Assembly (NCBI GenBank): GCA_002633005.1 | Contig: NMRA01000066.1 | Span: forward strand, 310,001-374,000 | Length of the DNA: 64,000 nucleotides | DNA from: Phoronis australis | Lineage: Eukaryota > Animalia > Phoronida | Direction of reading: 5' to 3' | In this document: in pieces, positions 13,301 through 24,775 of the stretch | Layout: the number at the start of each line of letters is the position of its first letter | Numbering within the stretch: position 1 is the stretch's first letter | Notes under the pieces: generated by a model | What the model was told of the DNA's origin: nothing | What the model saw: the letters and a program-made list of their open reading frames with translations, nothing else | Databases searched by the model: none | Translations under genes and position numbers: made by a program

Positions 13301-13526
13301 ATTTCGAGGATATATGTATAAAATAATAAATATATGCCACACTTACCACTTAGGTGCCCTGTAACACGGATACCGTAAAACTGTTTGCTTAAGGACAACA
13401 TCATGTACCCGCATAACTGTTTTCCTGCACTCCATGTATGAAGTCCCGTTTGCTGTTTGATGCAAGTTATTTCGCCCAAATCTGATAGGCTGGCGTTCCA
13501 CCCGGGCAGACAGTCGACGCGTGGAT
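1462..13526 (-). CDS. Adhesion GPCR paralog A, ectodomain exons (2x C-type lectin, Ig-like, SEA-like, HormR-like, start of GAIN); continues off the left edge
   Basis: 13 phase-consistent GT-AG exons: 13347-13526, 12439-12529, 11603-11769, 7505-7720, 6489-6743, 6101-6275, 5680-5801, 4900-5110, 4490-4647, 2916-3014, 2452-2579, 1892-2038, 1462-1556. All but the first have a same-phase, similar-length counterpart in gene B, which carries GPS+7TM. Confidence 0.85.
1892..2038 (-). CDS. aGPCR A exon, GAIN subdomain A
   Basis: ITINGSNVESLANKTADLTQNSSKLNSVDIVLVSFIVHRISVWTNISQQ; phase 0-0; paralog of 40063-40212. Confidence 0.85.
2452..2579 (-). CDS. aGPCR A exon, HormR-like domain second half
   Basis: GKPVGEWTCAGNFTTGLYWLGKPRAIPCSDISITESLRRLSM; paralog of 54699-54829. 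Confidence 0.8.
2916..3014 (-). CDS. aGPCR A exon, HormR-like domain first half
   Basis: EYCYRTDETVNDLLLTFPVSSAGVISSEQTCPT; 99 nt, phase 1-1; paralog of 56240-56338. Confidence 0.85.
3924..4298. repeat. (GAA)n/(GA)n microsatellite interrupted by an assembly gap (N run 3972-4251)
   Basis: Direct reading. Confidence 0.95.
4490..4647 (-). CDS. aGPCR A exon, SEA-like domain C-half
   Basis: TGRVGVNFSLTTELKIFKKPGDLSDLLKTLKNAITSAPNSQIDTQSIRLLSA; paralog of 56609-56769. Confidence 0.8.
4900..5110 (-). CDS. aGPCR A exon, SEA-like domain N-half
   Basis: VRYFVGWLHIPNSKFGENHVLYNWF...RVALFSNL; paralog of 58223-58442. Confidence 0.8.
5680..5801 (-). CDS. aGPCR A exon, Ig-like C-half
   Basis: CQSGDSGKVGADDFGLLTCEAWGYFPFTYVRSKPALIRQF (D-x-G-x-x-x-C Ig motif); 122 nt like paralog 60572-60693. 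Confidence 0.85.
6101..6275 (-). CDS. aGPCR A exon, Ig-like N-half
   Basis: TVTILEPPSD...CVPAGDYFALTSHVNGLPSQ; paralog of 61266-61416. Confidence 0.8.
6489..6743 (-). CDS. aGPCR A exon, C-type lectin 2 C-half
   Basis: DKTYIGMS...WSNGT...YCYVML...VQCGELHPFLCEK; paralog of 61773-62015. Confidence 0.85.
7505..7720 (-). CDS. aGPCR A exon, C-type lectin 2 N-half
   Basis: CGSGWLGATHLTDVCFKYHSEPHSFGDAEQLCREEGGHLA; paralog of 62381-62575. Confidence 0.85.
8132..10080 (+). repeat. Two direct copies of a roughly 790-bp sequence (8132-8925 and 9292-10080), each ending in an A-run
   Basis: Near-identical sequence and duplicated ORF (8674 vs 9829). Copy 1 has a B-box-like GGTTCGAGTCC at 8253-8263. Confidence 0.9.
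11603..11769 (-). CDS. aGPCR A exon, C-type lectin 1 C-part
   Basis: WFPKPFPKMGDCVSGKVVNGIMNITTRPCDDKLPVVCQTRGF; paralog of 63030-63178. Confidence 0.85.
12439..12529 (-). CDS. aGPCR A exon, C-type lectin 1 middle
   Basis: IGEVWTGGHFNTEIGKFYWDGTPLLNMNS; paralog of 63501-63597. Confidence 0.85.
12710..12868. mobile_element. MITE with CAGCG(A/G)CGGAT terminal inverted repeats
   Basis: CAGCGACGGATCC...AAATCCGCCGCTG flanked by AGATT on both sides. Related copies near 49628-49760 and a fragment near 33540-33579. Confidence 0.7.
13347..13526 (-). CDS. aGPCR A exon, C-type lectin 1 N-part
   Basis: PRVDCLPGWNASLSDLGEITCIKQQTGLHTWSAGKQLCG...GHLS; 180 nt, phase 1-1, canonical splice sites. Confidence 0.8.
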
Positions 13527-13681
13527 CTGAAAGTAATTGCAAATTTTACTTCTACCACGGCTAGATAAATGGTATTAACATAATTGGCCGGTGGGCATTT
13601 GAAATGTTTTATTATCGACATAAGACAGATACAATCGCATTTGTTGCTACAATGTAAGAATCGACCTAGACCTTGACTTAC

Positions 13682-13712
13682 TGATCACCAGAACCCCAAA
13701 CCAGAGCAGCAT
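13682..13712 (-). CDS. Candidate alternative first coding exon of aGPCR A (short hydrophobic MLLWFGVLVI)
   Basis: Strong phase-1 donor GTAAGT after 13682 compatible with the next exon; the frame is also open further upstream. Confidence 0.35.
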
Positions 13713-15303
13713 TAGGTCAGCGTGAGTAACATTGGGTTCATTTTGGTCACCGTAAACGGAGGATCTGGGGATTTGCTTAGCGTGTTTGGATTCTGCTAGT
13801 TTGGAACTGGGATTTAAATGATGGCGGCTGGAATGTAAAGGCACGGCCATGAAATACATTCCGCCTTTTAAAGTTACTCCAACACTCATTCAGAAAAGCA
13901 CGGAGGAAAGCATGAGAATGTGATTGCAATGTCATTTCTGGCAGCGTTATGGTGCCGTATACTTCATTTTGGGATCTCTGGTAGTCTGGGTTTTGTCCAC
14001 GCCGTTCAGCCATACCAGCATTGTTAAAGGTTGATTGCACTTTTGCAGCAGAGACTGGGGCCTCCTTACTGGATTGGTACACCTTGACGTAGGGCTATAC
14101 AAAGCGTCTGATTTGGTCTTCACGATGTTTTGCTAAGTAGGCTCCACAGTTAACTGCTTTTGGCGTTACTTGTGATTTACGAGATAAGTAAGAAAAAGTA
14201 AGATATAAGGGTGCAGTATCCTTTGTGCAGAGTAGATATGATGGCGGTGTGCTCGCGAGCTATATTTTAACAATACTTATTGCAATATCTCGGATTAGGA
14301 AATAACACCATATTGTGATAAGAACCGCTTGTGTCTCGTTACGTAGAAACGCACGATGTCGGGAGATTCTGCGAGATATTGCCCTTTATTTTTTATGATT
14401 TTTGGCCAGATTTTTCTCACCGCGAGACAGTTATTGGATATCTCTGCTTAGTTTAGAAAAAACAGGCACTCTGCCAATTATGAATGGTTTAAGTTGCTGG
14501 CTCATTACAGAAAGTGAGTAAAGTGTTTGTCGAGTTTCAAGATTTTCTAGGGACTCTTTCTCGAAGAGGACATTGTCTTCTGTTTTTAGCTAAGATCAAT
14601 CTATGGATGGCTTAGCTTGTTTTATGACAGAAAATATGTGTACAGCATGACGATTAAGGGCAAAAATCAAGTTTTTGGCTATACACTCTTCGCAAGCAAG
14701 GCCCTAGACGGGTTGCCGCAAGAACTCACCAACAGTGACAACATTCGACAAATCCAGATTGTGTGTACGAAGTCTTGAACCATTCTTATCAGCGGTATCT
14801 TATTAACTTTGTGTTATCAGTTGTTATCTATTAAATCTGAGTTAATATATAGTAATTGATTGTTTACAAAATATTTCAAGACAAATGAAACACCCATTTT
14901 CCCAGTACTTAAGACGTATGTTAACCAAGTCATTGAAATTTGATCACATTGTTAACAGTACCTCATGAAAAACAAAGCGATTCCATGAGGCATTCAGATA
15001 CATTGTCTTTTATTTCAGTAAAATTATACAGTGATCGCTTTCGCGCCATTTCTAATATTGATTATCTGGTGTGCGCACGCTGGTGGGACAGTTACCATCT
15101 TTGTCACAAGTTTGTGTCGTGGAGTGTAAACACGGCATAAGGGCGCCAGGTTGGACGAAGTTGTTAAGGAATGAACTTGACCGTGGCATTTGCGAAGTGT
15201 AAACGATTATCTGTGGTCGTTATCTTGTCATTTTACAATCTAGCTTGTCATAAACAACCTGGTGTTCAGTTTCAAATGCAAAGAGAATTGACACTAGACA
15301 TAC

Positions 15304-15528
15304 CTGGTTGGCACCACAATTTCGAACAGTTGCATCGATCCCCAAACGTGGTTACTAGTTTTGGCCTTTTCGACGGCGAAGGGCATTTGGCAGAGACAGA
15401 GGTATTTGGACAGTTGCTGACACACGATGCAACACCAGTCTTCCAACAGGAGCACGTCTGACACTCATCAATGTGCTTCTCTCTATAGTACAGAGTTTTA
15501 CCAGGGTTGTTTGGAACAGAACATACGA
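15304..15528 (-). CDS. Exon encoding a 10-cysteine VWC-like module
   Basis: VCSVPNNPGKTLYYREKHIDECQTCSCWKTGVASCVSNCPNTSVSAKCPSPSKRPKLVTTFGDRCNCSKLWCQP; 225 nt, phase 1-1, TTTCAG acceptor and GTATGT donor. Confidence 0.8.
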
Positions 15529-15644
15529 CTGAAACAAATAAACGAGAGGCACTTGAAAACGAACAAGCACGATAACATACATGTAAAGCTATTGCCAAGT
15601 AGCCTACTTGTAATACGTCTCTGTGGTCACCTCGAAATGCTTAA

Positions 15645-16110
15645 CATTATTTATTTTATTTATTTATTTATTGTGATATTTAAAATGAGGGTGGCCTCTT
15701 CAGTGATAACACTGCTTTCCAAGAGGGACTTCAACAAGAAAAACAATAATATAATACAATGAAGTAATAAAACAACAATGAAATATAAGTAACAAAGATA
15801 TAATTAAAATAGGTTGAGAATTAAGACGATAACTAAATGACAAAGGATGGTAAAAATTTAACTAAGACAGGAGAAATAAATTAAGAGATGACTGTAGACA
15901 GTGAGAGTATTTACGACAAGGAAAATATGACATGATTAAGACAGGCAGAGTATAAAAAGTTATGTAAATTACAGCCACTTGTTAATAGCTACTTTGAAGG
16001 TAGTAATTGAATTGGACCGTTTAATTTCTGGGCTAAGATAATTCCATATTATAGCAGCTTCATATTTTGTTCTACGCGAGTTACATTTTGGCAGACATAA
16101 AGAATATGTG
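15645..16110 (-). mobile_element. 3' fragment of a CR1/L2-type LINE
   Basis: Minus strand reads LCLPKCNSRRTKYEAAIIWNYLSPEIKRSNSITTFKVAINKWL*, typical of the RT ORF C-terminus, followed by an (AATA)n-like tail. Confidence 0.55.
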
Positions 16111-16335
16111 TGTGTCTTTGTATCCTACAGCAACGTCTCCTAACGCAGTTTGTCCAAAATGTTGGCTATTTGAAACCAATCATCGAAACAGGGTCGTTTC
16201 CGTTTGGCGTGATCTTGTTAACTCTATGAATGCGTAAATTCACGCGAGTAAAAGGCAAGTGTTTCGCAAGTCATTAAAAGTTGAGACTTAATAACAGGCT
16301 TCATCATTTAATTTGAAGCTCGGTCAGTCCATGGT

Positions 16336-17050
16336 AAGTAGGACCTCGTGATGTGAAGGATGGACCTTGCGATGGCATGGTGAAACCTTGTGATGGGAAG
16401 AACGGACCTTGCGATGGCATGGTAAAACCTTGTGATGGGAAGAACGGACCTTGTGATGGGAAGAACGAATCAAAAGACCTGGTTATGGGACGGACGGACC
16501 TTTCTAGGGAAAGGAAAAGCTTGTAATGGGAAGAGCGGACCTTAAGAAGAGATGAACGAGCCATGTGATGAGATGGGTAGACATTATGATGAGTGGGTCG
16601 ATCTTCTTGATATGAGAAGGATGAACAAGAAGATGGGAAGGACGGATCTTCTTGTTATATTAAGGACGGATCTTGTGATGGGTCGGACGGGCGAATTTTC
16701 TTGTTTCATGAAGGGAGGACGAGGTGATGGGAAGGGTAGATGTTATAGGAATGACGGACTTTGCGATAAGAGGACGGGTCGTCTTCTTATAGAAGGAACG
16801 GACAAGGTGATGGGAAGGGCGGACATTGTTGTGATGGAATGGACGGAGCTTGTTATGGGAAGGACGGGCCCTGTGATGAAAAGGACGGATCTTTCTGTTA
16901 GGAATAGAACTGACCTTGTGATAGTGAGGACGGGTTATGGGAAAATCAGCTCTTGTGATGGGAAGATCGGAGCTTTTTGTTATGGGAGTAACGGACGTTT
17001 TGATGGGCAAGACGGACCTTCTTGTTAAGGGAAGAACGCACAAGGTGATG
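16336..17050. repeat. Degenerate 21-22-bp minisatellite (consensus about GATGGGAAGGACGGACCTTGT)
   Basis: Direct reading; explains the SQGPFFP/MGRTDLV periodic ORFs. Confidence 0.85.
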
Positions 17051-17157
17051 AGAATAAGGGAAACAAAAAATGGTGCTACCTGATCAGTGGTAATTGACAT
17101 AACTGACAAGTCTACTGTTTAAGACACCTGTTTTTGTAAATTACAATCTTTGCTTAC

Positions 17158-17233
17158 CTTTTTGGCTGGATGATAATCCAATTATCAGGGACAGTCCCAA
17201 CACCAAATAACACGTCAGAACGTGGCGTACCAT
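17158..17233 (-). CDS. Signal-peptide exon (first coding exon of the VWC gene or of aGPCR A)
   Basis: GCCATGG Kozak context; MVRHVLTCYLVLGLSLIIGLSSSQK; phase-1 donor GTAAGC matches the VWC exon. Confidence 0.75.
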
Positions 17234-18677
17234 GGCTGGGATTGTAGCAATATATTATGATCACAGTATTTTATTTTGTCATGCCGACTCGTGACTGAAC
17301 CCGGCAGCGTATCCACAGAATACAAACCCAACCGTGCAAAGCATTGACCCAGGCAACAGTGCATGATAAAGGAAGCGCAACACGGAGACTACTTAAAACC
17401 CTTTACTCTTAATACAAACGCAGGCGTGATTTATGGGCTCTTACGTACGTGTATGCTCTTTTAGACATTGTGTAAAATGATTGAAGTGAGCGGTTTCTCC
17501 CAGAGAATTTTTATGTGCAAACTAATTAGTAATGAAAGTGAACGTGGTTGAAGTTGCGCAATGGTCTTAATAAACAAACATTGGGTTTGCTGGTATTCAC
17601 ATATAGCTCATCCTTTAGTAGAGTTATTAAGCTTTACAATTTCGACTTAACCTACATGTAACTATCGTTTTTGGCGAGGGAGGCAAAAATAAAGGCGGCG
17701 GGGCAGAATTTCGAAATTATGAAGTGTGGTACAGTTACGGGGAAGTGAATTTTGCTACTAAGTTTTAACGGGCCTGATTAGCATAAAATTGGAAAATAAA
17801 TGACTCGGCGACAAAGGCCTTTCATCCTCTGTTCAACCTATTATCAAATCGTTTGACTGACGTCAGTTGTCTTTAGTATAAGTGCGCAAGGTGAAATAAG
17901 TTTTGTGTAAATCACTGTCACGCAATCGTATAAATTTTTATTCGTTTAAAATGCAGCAAATGATTTATCGTTTTTAGATTAGATATTTTTAAAGATTGTG
18001 CCTAGAATATATTTAGGGTACAACATATTTTACGTGGCTACGTACTGCACATAAAAGGTTACTTTAAATGGTATACGTTGTTCAACACATACCTTAAGCT
18101 TAATCGAACGTTGACATGTTAACTGAACCAAAGTCAGTTGTCTTTCACAACATTATAATGTATGACATCCTTGGAAATCGTGAAAATCAAGGTAATCACG
18201 TAAACCGTTGCAGGTGCGTGACTCGTTCTTATATTTAATGCTAACAGTTTGGAGCACCTGAATTACATAGAGATCTACATTCAATAGATTCAATACATAC
18301 ATCGTATACATAAGTACCGGTACATATAATTGTTCGCTCTGCACTCGCATTGGTGTCCACTACACACAACCTCCATATGTAAGGGTATTCATTTTTCAAT
18401 TTCTTGAGGTAGGTTAAAGCAGAGCAGGAGTTATTACACACGATGTATTTTTAGAAAAAACGAGGGGAATCTGTGTAATCACTTTATGGATTGACAGTAC
18501 GGGAAAATGAAATGGATTGTTTATTAGTTAGTTTTGTTTCCTTCTAGTGACAATGTATCCTACTTGCGTCAAATATGGCGCACACAAAGACTTAATACAA
18601 GTCTTTTGTGAAGTACATGTAATTGATCGCAAAACACAGCCTCGGGTGAACATTATATCACTAGCATTGGCTATACA

Positions 18678-19246
18678 CCTCGCTGGTTCCCTGTCTGCCT
18701 AGGTGGGGCGGTAGCCGCGCCAGCAAGCAGGTATCAATTAATTTTCCTCGGTAAATTTTTCTACACCGGCGTTTCTGATTGGCTAGTCGAATTCTCAACA
18801 GGCAGCGCTTTAAGCAAACAAACTGGCATGACTCATCGACTGAAGTGTAAATGTGGTCTGTTGTGCAGTCAAATCGGTGCTTAAAATTTATGTTCAGGAA
18901 ATGTGAAGCCAAGAAAGTGTGATTGCGCCTTTTTGGAATGCATCTTTCTACTGTCGATGACTTTTGTTTACGATAGTGTCCTGTAACGGTTAAATTGGCC
19001 AGATATGTGTTTATTGTACATGTATGTGCTTCAAGCACGCGGCTATAAAACATCACTGCAGAAACAAAATAGTTGCTGCGACGCCACTTGCATGACAAGG
19101 CTAAAATTGTTCACAGCTCACCATTTTTTCACGTTGTTGTAAAGCTAACCAATGACTGCCGAGGTTACATCGACAAATGCTTAAGCGCGAGCCACTGCGT
19201 GATACCTGCGTGCTGGCTGGGCTAAGCACGCGGGGAACCAGCAAGG
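18678..19246. mobile_element. Non-autonomous TIR element with 8-bp target-site duplication
   Basis: TIRs CCTCGCTGGTTCCC / GGGAACCAGCAAGG; GCTATACA duplicated at 18670-18677 and 19247-19254. Confidence 0.7.
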
Positions 19247-19404
19247 GCTATACACATGCGTGCCCTCCGTAGACGCGAGAATCTCGCGAAAACGCAAGGT
19301 TAAATAAGACTTTGCGAGTTACCTTCATGTATTATATGGGAAGCATACTAGCTTCCTTCGTAAGATACATGTAGCTCTGAGCACTTACTGATTAAGTGAA
19401 AGAC

Positions 19405-19735
19405 TACATACATACATACATACATACATACATACATACATACATACATACATACATACATACATACATACATACATACATACAAACATACATAGTTACA
19501 TAAATACATAGTTACATAAATACATACATACATACATACATACATAAATACATACATACATAGTTACATAAATACATACATACATACACACACAGATACA
19601 TACATTTATGCTTATGATGATACGTACATACATCATACATACTGTACATGCATACATACATAAATACATACATACATACATACATAGTTACATAAATACA
19701 TACATACATACACACAATCCTACATACATACATTT
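19405..19735. repeat. (TACA)n microsatellite, degenerate at 3' end
   Basis: Direct reading. Confidence 0.95.
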
Positions 19736-22700
19736 ATGCTAATGACGATACACGATTCAAAGTCATTGTGTTGGATTTTTGGGATTAACTTTCAAAAATA
19801 CCGAATCATAATGTGATTTTTTCACAATCATGTCTGATATCCTCTTCGAATGATTGTAATATCATGTTGATAATTGACAACATGTAATTTGGAGAGACAC
19901 GTTCGTCACAGTAATGTAGCTATGTCTAGCTTTTACCAACAAATTATCTTTCACAGCCATGACGGCTTAATAAATTTGTAATGAAAATAATTTTCTAGTA
20001 GCAAAAGAACCCTGTAAATAAAACCAAACATCGCACCGTGGATAATTTGGTTTACAAGTTAATTCGAACACTGCCCACAAAATACGACACGTGTTCTCCG
20101 TGGGTTTCGACTAGCATAATATTCACAAGTCGCTAAAGTATTGTCAAAGAATATTTTATAATAGCGGCCCGTTTTTGAGTCCAGAAATTCAATTTCTTGC
20201 CTATGTCATTTTAATAACAATGCGTTATATTAAATAATAATCTGTTAATATCCACAAGTATACAGCAGAATCGCCACACTGGTACAACAGCATTACACAC
20301 ATGTACGTTAAACCAGTTCTTTTCCGTTATCGTGACTGAGACATACATGCAAAACTTTTAATACTAACACATATATTACACCTTTCTGACATGTATCCCC
20401 TCTTCAGAAATAAGACGTCTACATGTATTATACTGTACCTCTCGAAGTTTATTTTAATTTAATTTCGTAGTTGTCTATTCTAAATCGCTAAACCGTAGGA
20501 AATCCAATACATTAAGTTAAAGGTGTGCAAACGTACACCTCTCGGCTGTAACACACGTCCTGATTGGTGAAGTTTCAGGTGGTATGATTTCTAGTTGCAT
20601 TATTCTAAAAATTGTTTACAAACGCTGCAAACGCTTGAATTTATTTACTAACAAAACGATGCGCTTGAAGACGTGAAGTGATTCTACAGTGTTTCTCGTT
20701 TTAAAAGAGTGCAGTACGGTTCAGATCAGTCAAAAATCCATACAAAGGCGGTTTTGGGTCATTTCATGCATTTAACTTACTTTCTTACGGTAGTCACTAA
20801 AATTACCATTTTATTACCTTAAACGTCAGGTACCAAAGTTTACTAAAAAATCCCATATTTTGTGCCATTGTAAGTAATTACCGAACTTCTGCACATGTAT
20901 GAAGTCGCCATTACTTTTGTAAAGATATATTTTAAAAGTGACCCTCAAATAGCTGAGTTTCGGAATAGTCGCCCCATATTGAAAATCACTATCAGACCAG
21001 ACGGCTATCAGCGCTATTACAGATTTGGTTTCAATCTACTGGAATAAGCAACCTTTAATACATTTCCTGCTAGCATAATGCCTGCAAATGTCCACTGCTT
21101 TGCGGAGGGGTGTGCGAATGGTTTACGGAAAAAGGCAGACCTCTTGAAATATCCATGAATGAATTCAAAGGACATGATGCTCCACACATTTCCCTTTGCG
21201 AAGAATCCGCGTCCTACTGTCAGTGTCAGCGGGAAAATTTCGATCCAAGCCCATGTCAAAAAACGAAAATAAAATTAACTAGTGAGCTCAAACTAATCAA
21301 ACCATGGAAAGGGATGACAATGGGGTATATCCTTTTGTTTTTACATTAATGAACCACTGTGTAGTAACTGAATCGGCTGTTCACCAAATCCGAGATTCTC
21401 AAACACAAAATTTACCTGAGTTCATTACCAACCTCCCTTCCTCCTCCTCCCTCGCTCCTCTCACTCCTTCGCCAACCCCTTCCCTACCTCCTGCACCCCA
21501 CTCACTCTCCCTCCCTTTGTCTCTTTATATTTCATAACCGGCTGTTTCAGATGGGTATCCGCGTTTCCGGGGACGGCCAAATGATTTGGAACTGCCTGAT
21601 TTTCATCATCCTAGGACAAAATCACCGAAAACACGATATCTTTCAAAGTCGATACAAATAGGCAAAAATCACCTGGCGCGTGTCGCAGATTTTTCCTGCA
21701 TCAAAATCACGGAAATATCATTAAAAGAATAAACTTACGGTTGTAAAAATCGTCTGTTCTGTCAAATTTCGTTGATAATGATTTCAATCAACGGCATTTT
21801 AAAGAGACACGTTGGGTCATTCCATAGCAATGCAATGTAAAATGGAAAAGGCACGCACAGCGTTCATTTTGAGTCAAATAACCAGATGAAAAGTTGCAAA
21901 ATATTCCTTAAATCCGTAATCAGGCGAGTGGCCTTTTCACGGTAAAAGCTTTATGGAAGTTTTAGTATTAGTGGCTTATATTTATTTTATAACAGATATA
22001 AATGACATATGAATTATGACAATAAGTGCTCAGTCCAAACTGCGCTCATTTGACACTTAAGAGTGAGACATAATAACAGTTAACAAGTGAGGTCAAATAA
22101 TAAAGCTTAGTCTAGGCAGCTATACTGTGTTAGTTGTCCACAGAAATACTGAATTAATAATTCTAAAGCTCCTGGTATGCTAATTCCTAAAAGTCATTGT
22201 AAAGATATGTTAAGTACGAAAATTGTAGTGATTTAATTATGTAATGAACAAGTGTGAAATGCCGCTCATCTTTAACTGAATCAAAATATTTTCATCATCA
22301 AAACCTATAAGTACATGTAGATGGACACTTCCAATCCAGGGCCGGAACACAAGAAACGTGACATTTTAATTCTTACAGCCCGCTTAGTTACATACATATA
22401 CTTGCACAAAATAATATGATCTCAACTTAGGTTTATTTTGTTTCTCGCATCACCTAACAATGCTCAAAACAACACTGAATATTAATAACCAATAAACAAC
22501 TTCTAATATAATCTAATCTGTCCACCCTTTTCTAACAACAGAGTTATACCACTTAACAATTTTCCAAAAGTCCTACCAAATTAAGTTCCTTCTATTATTT
22601 GTAAAATCCGAAGATCCCCACCAACAGCGTGAGCTGTTTTAAATCCGTTTACCCCTAACTAAAAAGCATATTAGCTCTATTTGGTATATTTTCAGAATTA

Positions 22701-24218
22701 ACGTTAAACCTTCGCACAGCAGATACATAGCGCCAAATTCGCACTGCACAATAATTACATACAATTTTAACACTTAGAAATCTTAGATGTTTATTAATAA
22801 AAATATCTTACAAAAATTAACTAATGCTCACTCTGAAGCCTCAGGCTCGGGAGTAAGGACACGCTTTTCTTGAAATCTAAATATTCGCCATTTACCTCAA
22901 ACATCCATTAGCAATAATTTATATTTAACTACAAAACTTTTTAGCTCGAATTCAAAACTATTTTTGTTAGGTTTAGTTATATTTTCAACAGGATTTGTTT
23001 TGTATAATTTAGCAGACGTTATCAATTTTATACACAGTTATTAAGAAAAAATACCAAATCATTTAGGTTGTATTCACTTTGGGATAAGAGAACAACTTCG
23101 TCTCCACCGACCGAAATCGATCATATTGAATCGCTAAACTTCACATACTTACCTTTTATGTTGACATTGTTTGCTAAATAATTAAAATACAGAACAAAAA
23201 ATATGCTTGATAAAATAGTTCCTTGACAAACACCATTTTCTGTATTAAATTAGTGAGAGAAATTATAACTGTTTAGTCCAATATAGCTTACGGATTCTTT
23301 CAGTATAATTCATTTTATTACACATATCACTCTTTACACTATAACTTCACAATATTTTAGATACTTTTTCTAGAATTTAAAAAAATGATTGATTTAGGTA
23401 AGCGATCGCGGTGCCAAGGTTACATAAGATCAATAATGTGACCTTTGGTTTTTTAGAAAACAAACGAGAGAAAGAACTGCGTGTGTAACAAAAGAAAAGG
23501 GGAAAACAGTTCCTCCAGGGCATGGGATCGTAATTGTTGTAACGCGGTGAAATGTACACCATTATTTTTATATCAAGGGCTCATCTCATTCTAAGTTAAA
23601 GAAGACTGAAAAAGTCTCAACTTTGACATGATTTCAGGATTACACATCCGTTCTACTGACTGCGACTATTCAGCGTAGACGTGTACAGCACCACATCTGC
23701 TGTTGAATGGCTAGATCATCAAACTTAATAATCTGGACTTGTCATCACGTACAATATTGAAAACTTTACTCGAAGGGTGTTTCGTGGTTGGTTATTACGA
23801 GATCAGAAAAATCTCGAGTGTGATGGGTTAAAGCGACTTTATCGGTCTTACGGTGGAAGAACACATTTTGAGCATTATTGTACGTTGGATGAGATAGACT
23901 TCTGGAGGTTATTAGCTTTGACCTGAGTTATAAAACAACAACATTGTTGTTTTTTTGATTTAACTACGGTACAAACCAGTAATTCTCGCCACTGTCTGCC
24001 AGACCTGCGCAGAAACCAAGGCCGTGTGTTTACTGGGCTGTACTACGGTATTTGTCTCAGTGACAGAGTGGTCGGTGCTATGGAGAAAATAGTGGATTTG
24101 ATTCCGCGTTACTAATGAATTCTGAATAATAACTTTTCTCACTGAGGGTGTCCCCTTTAAAACCTATCCACTCCGTGTTGTACACCTAATTTAAACCATC
24201 GGGAGGCGTATATTTATC

Positions 24219-24775
24219 TTAATTCCCGTCATCGGACAACGTATATTCCTCCAACTCCAAATCACAGGACGGCATATATTTGTACGAATTTAATCCTTCA
24301 GACGGCGTATGTTTGTCCGAATTTTGACCACTGGACGACATACATTTGGCTGAATTCAAGACATCGGGCGACGTAAGTTCCTTCAACTTCAAATGATCGG
24401 ACGGCGTATATTTTTCTGAATTTAAGCCACCAGACGACCTATATTCGTCTGAATTCACACCACTCGACAACGAATAAGTGTCCGAATTCAAAGCATCGGA
24501 CGGCTTATATTCGTCTGAATTCAAACCATCAGCAAGTACTGTTGTCTTAGTAGGGGTATTTCTTTTCGACTGGCTTTGAGGGCTGATAGAGATCACACTG
24601 ACTTTCCGCTTCCTTCTGCACAACAGACTACACCAAGCGTCGCGCACTTGTTTTTCTCGAACGTTGAAGAAAATAAAAATGAAGAACCCTTGCAACGAAT
24701 TACATATGCAGAAAATGTATTGGAAGGCAATACGAGCCTCGTTGATCGCAAGGAATCCAAATACCCAGGTAATCC
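24219..24775 (-). CDS. aGPCR B terminal exon: TM6 end, TM7 and cytoplasmic tail with 11-aa repeats
   Basis: ITWVFGFLAINEARIAFQYIFCICNSLQGFFIFIFFNVREKQVRDAW; stop TAA at 24219-24221. Confidence 0.92.

Noticed and set aside
16304-17109. Repetitive ORFs on both strands
   Set aside because: Explained by the minisatellite; no convincing splice sites
19348-19733. MYVC-repeat ORFs
   Set aside because: Translation of (TACA)n
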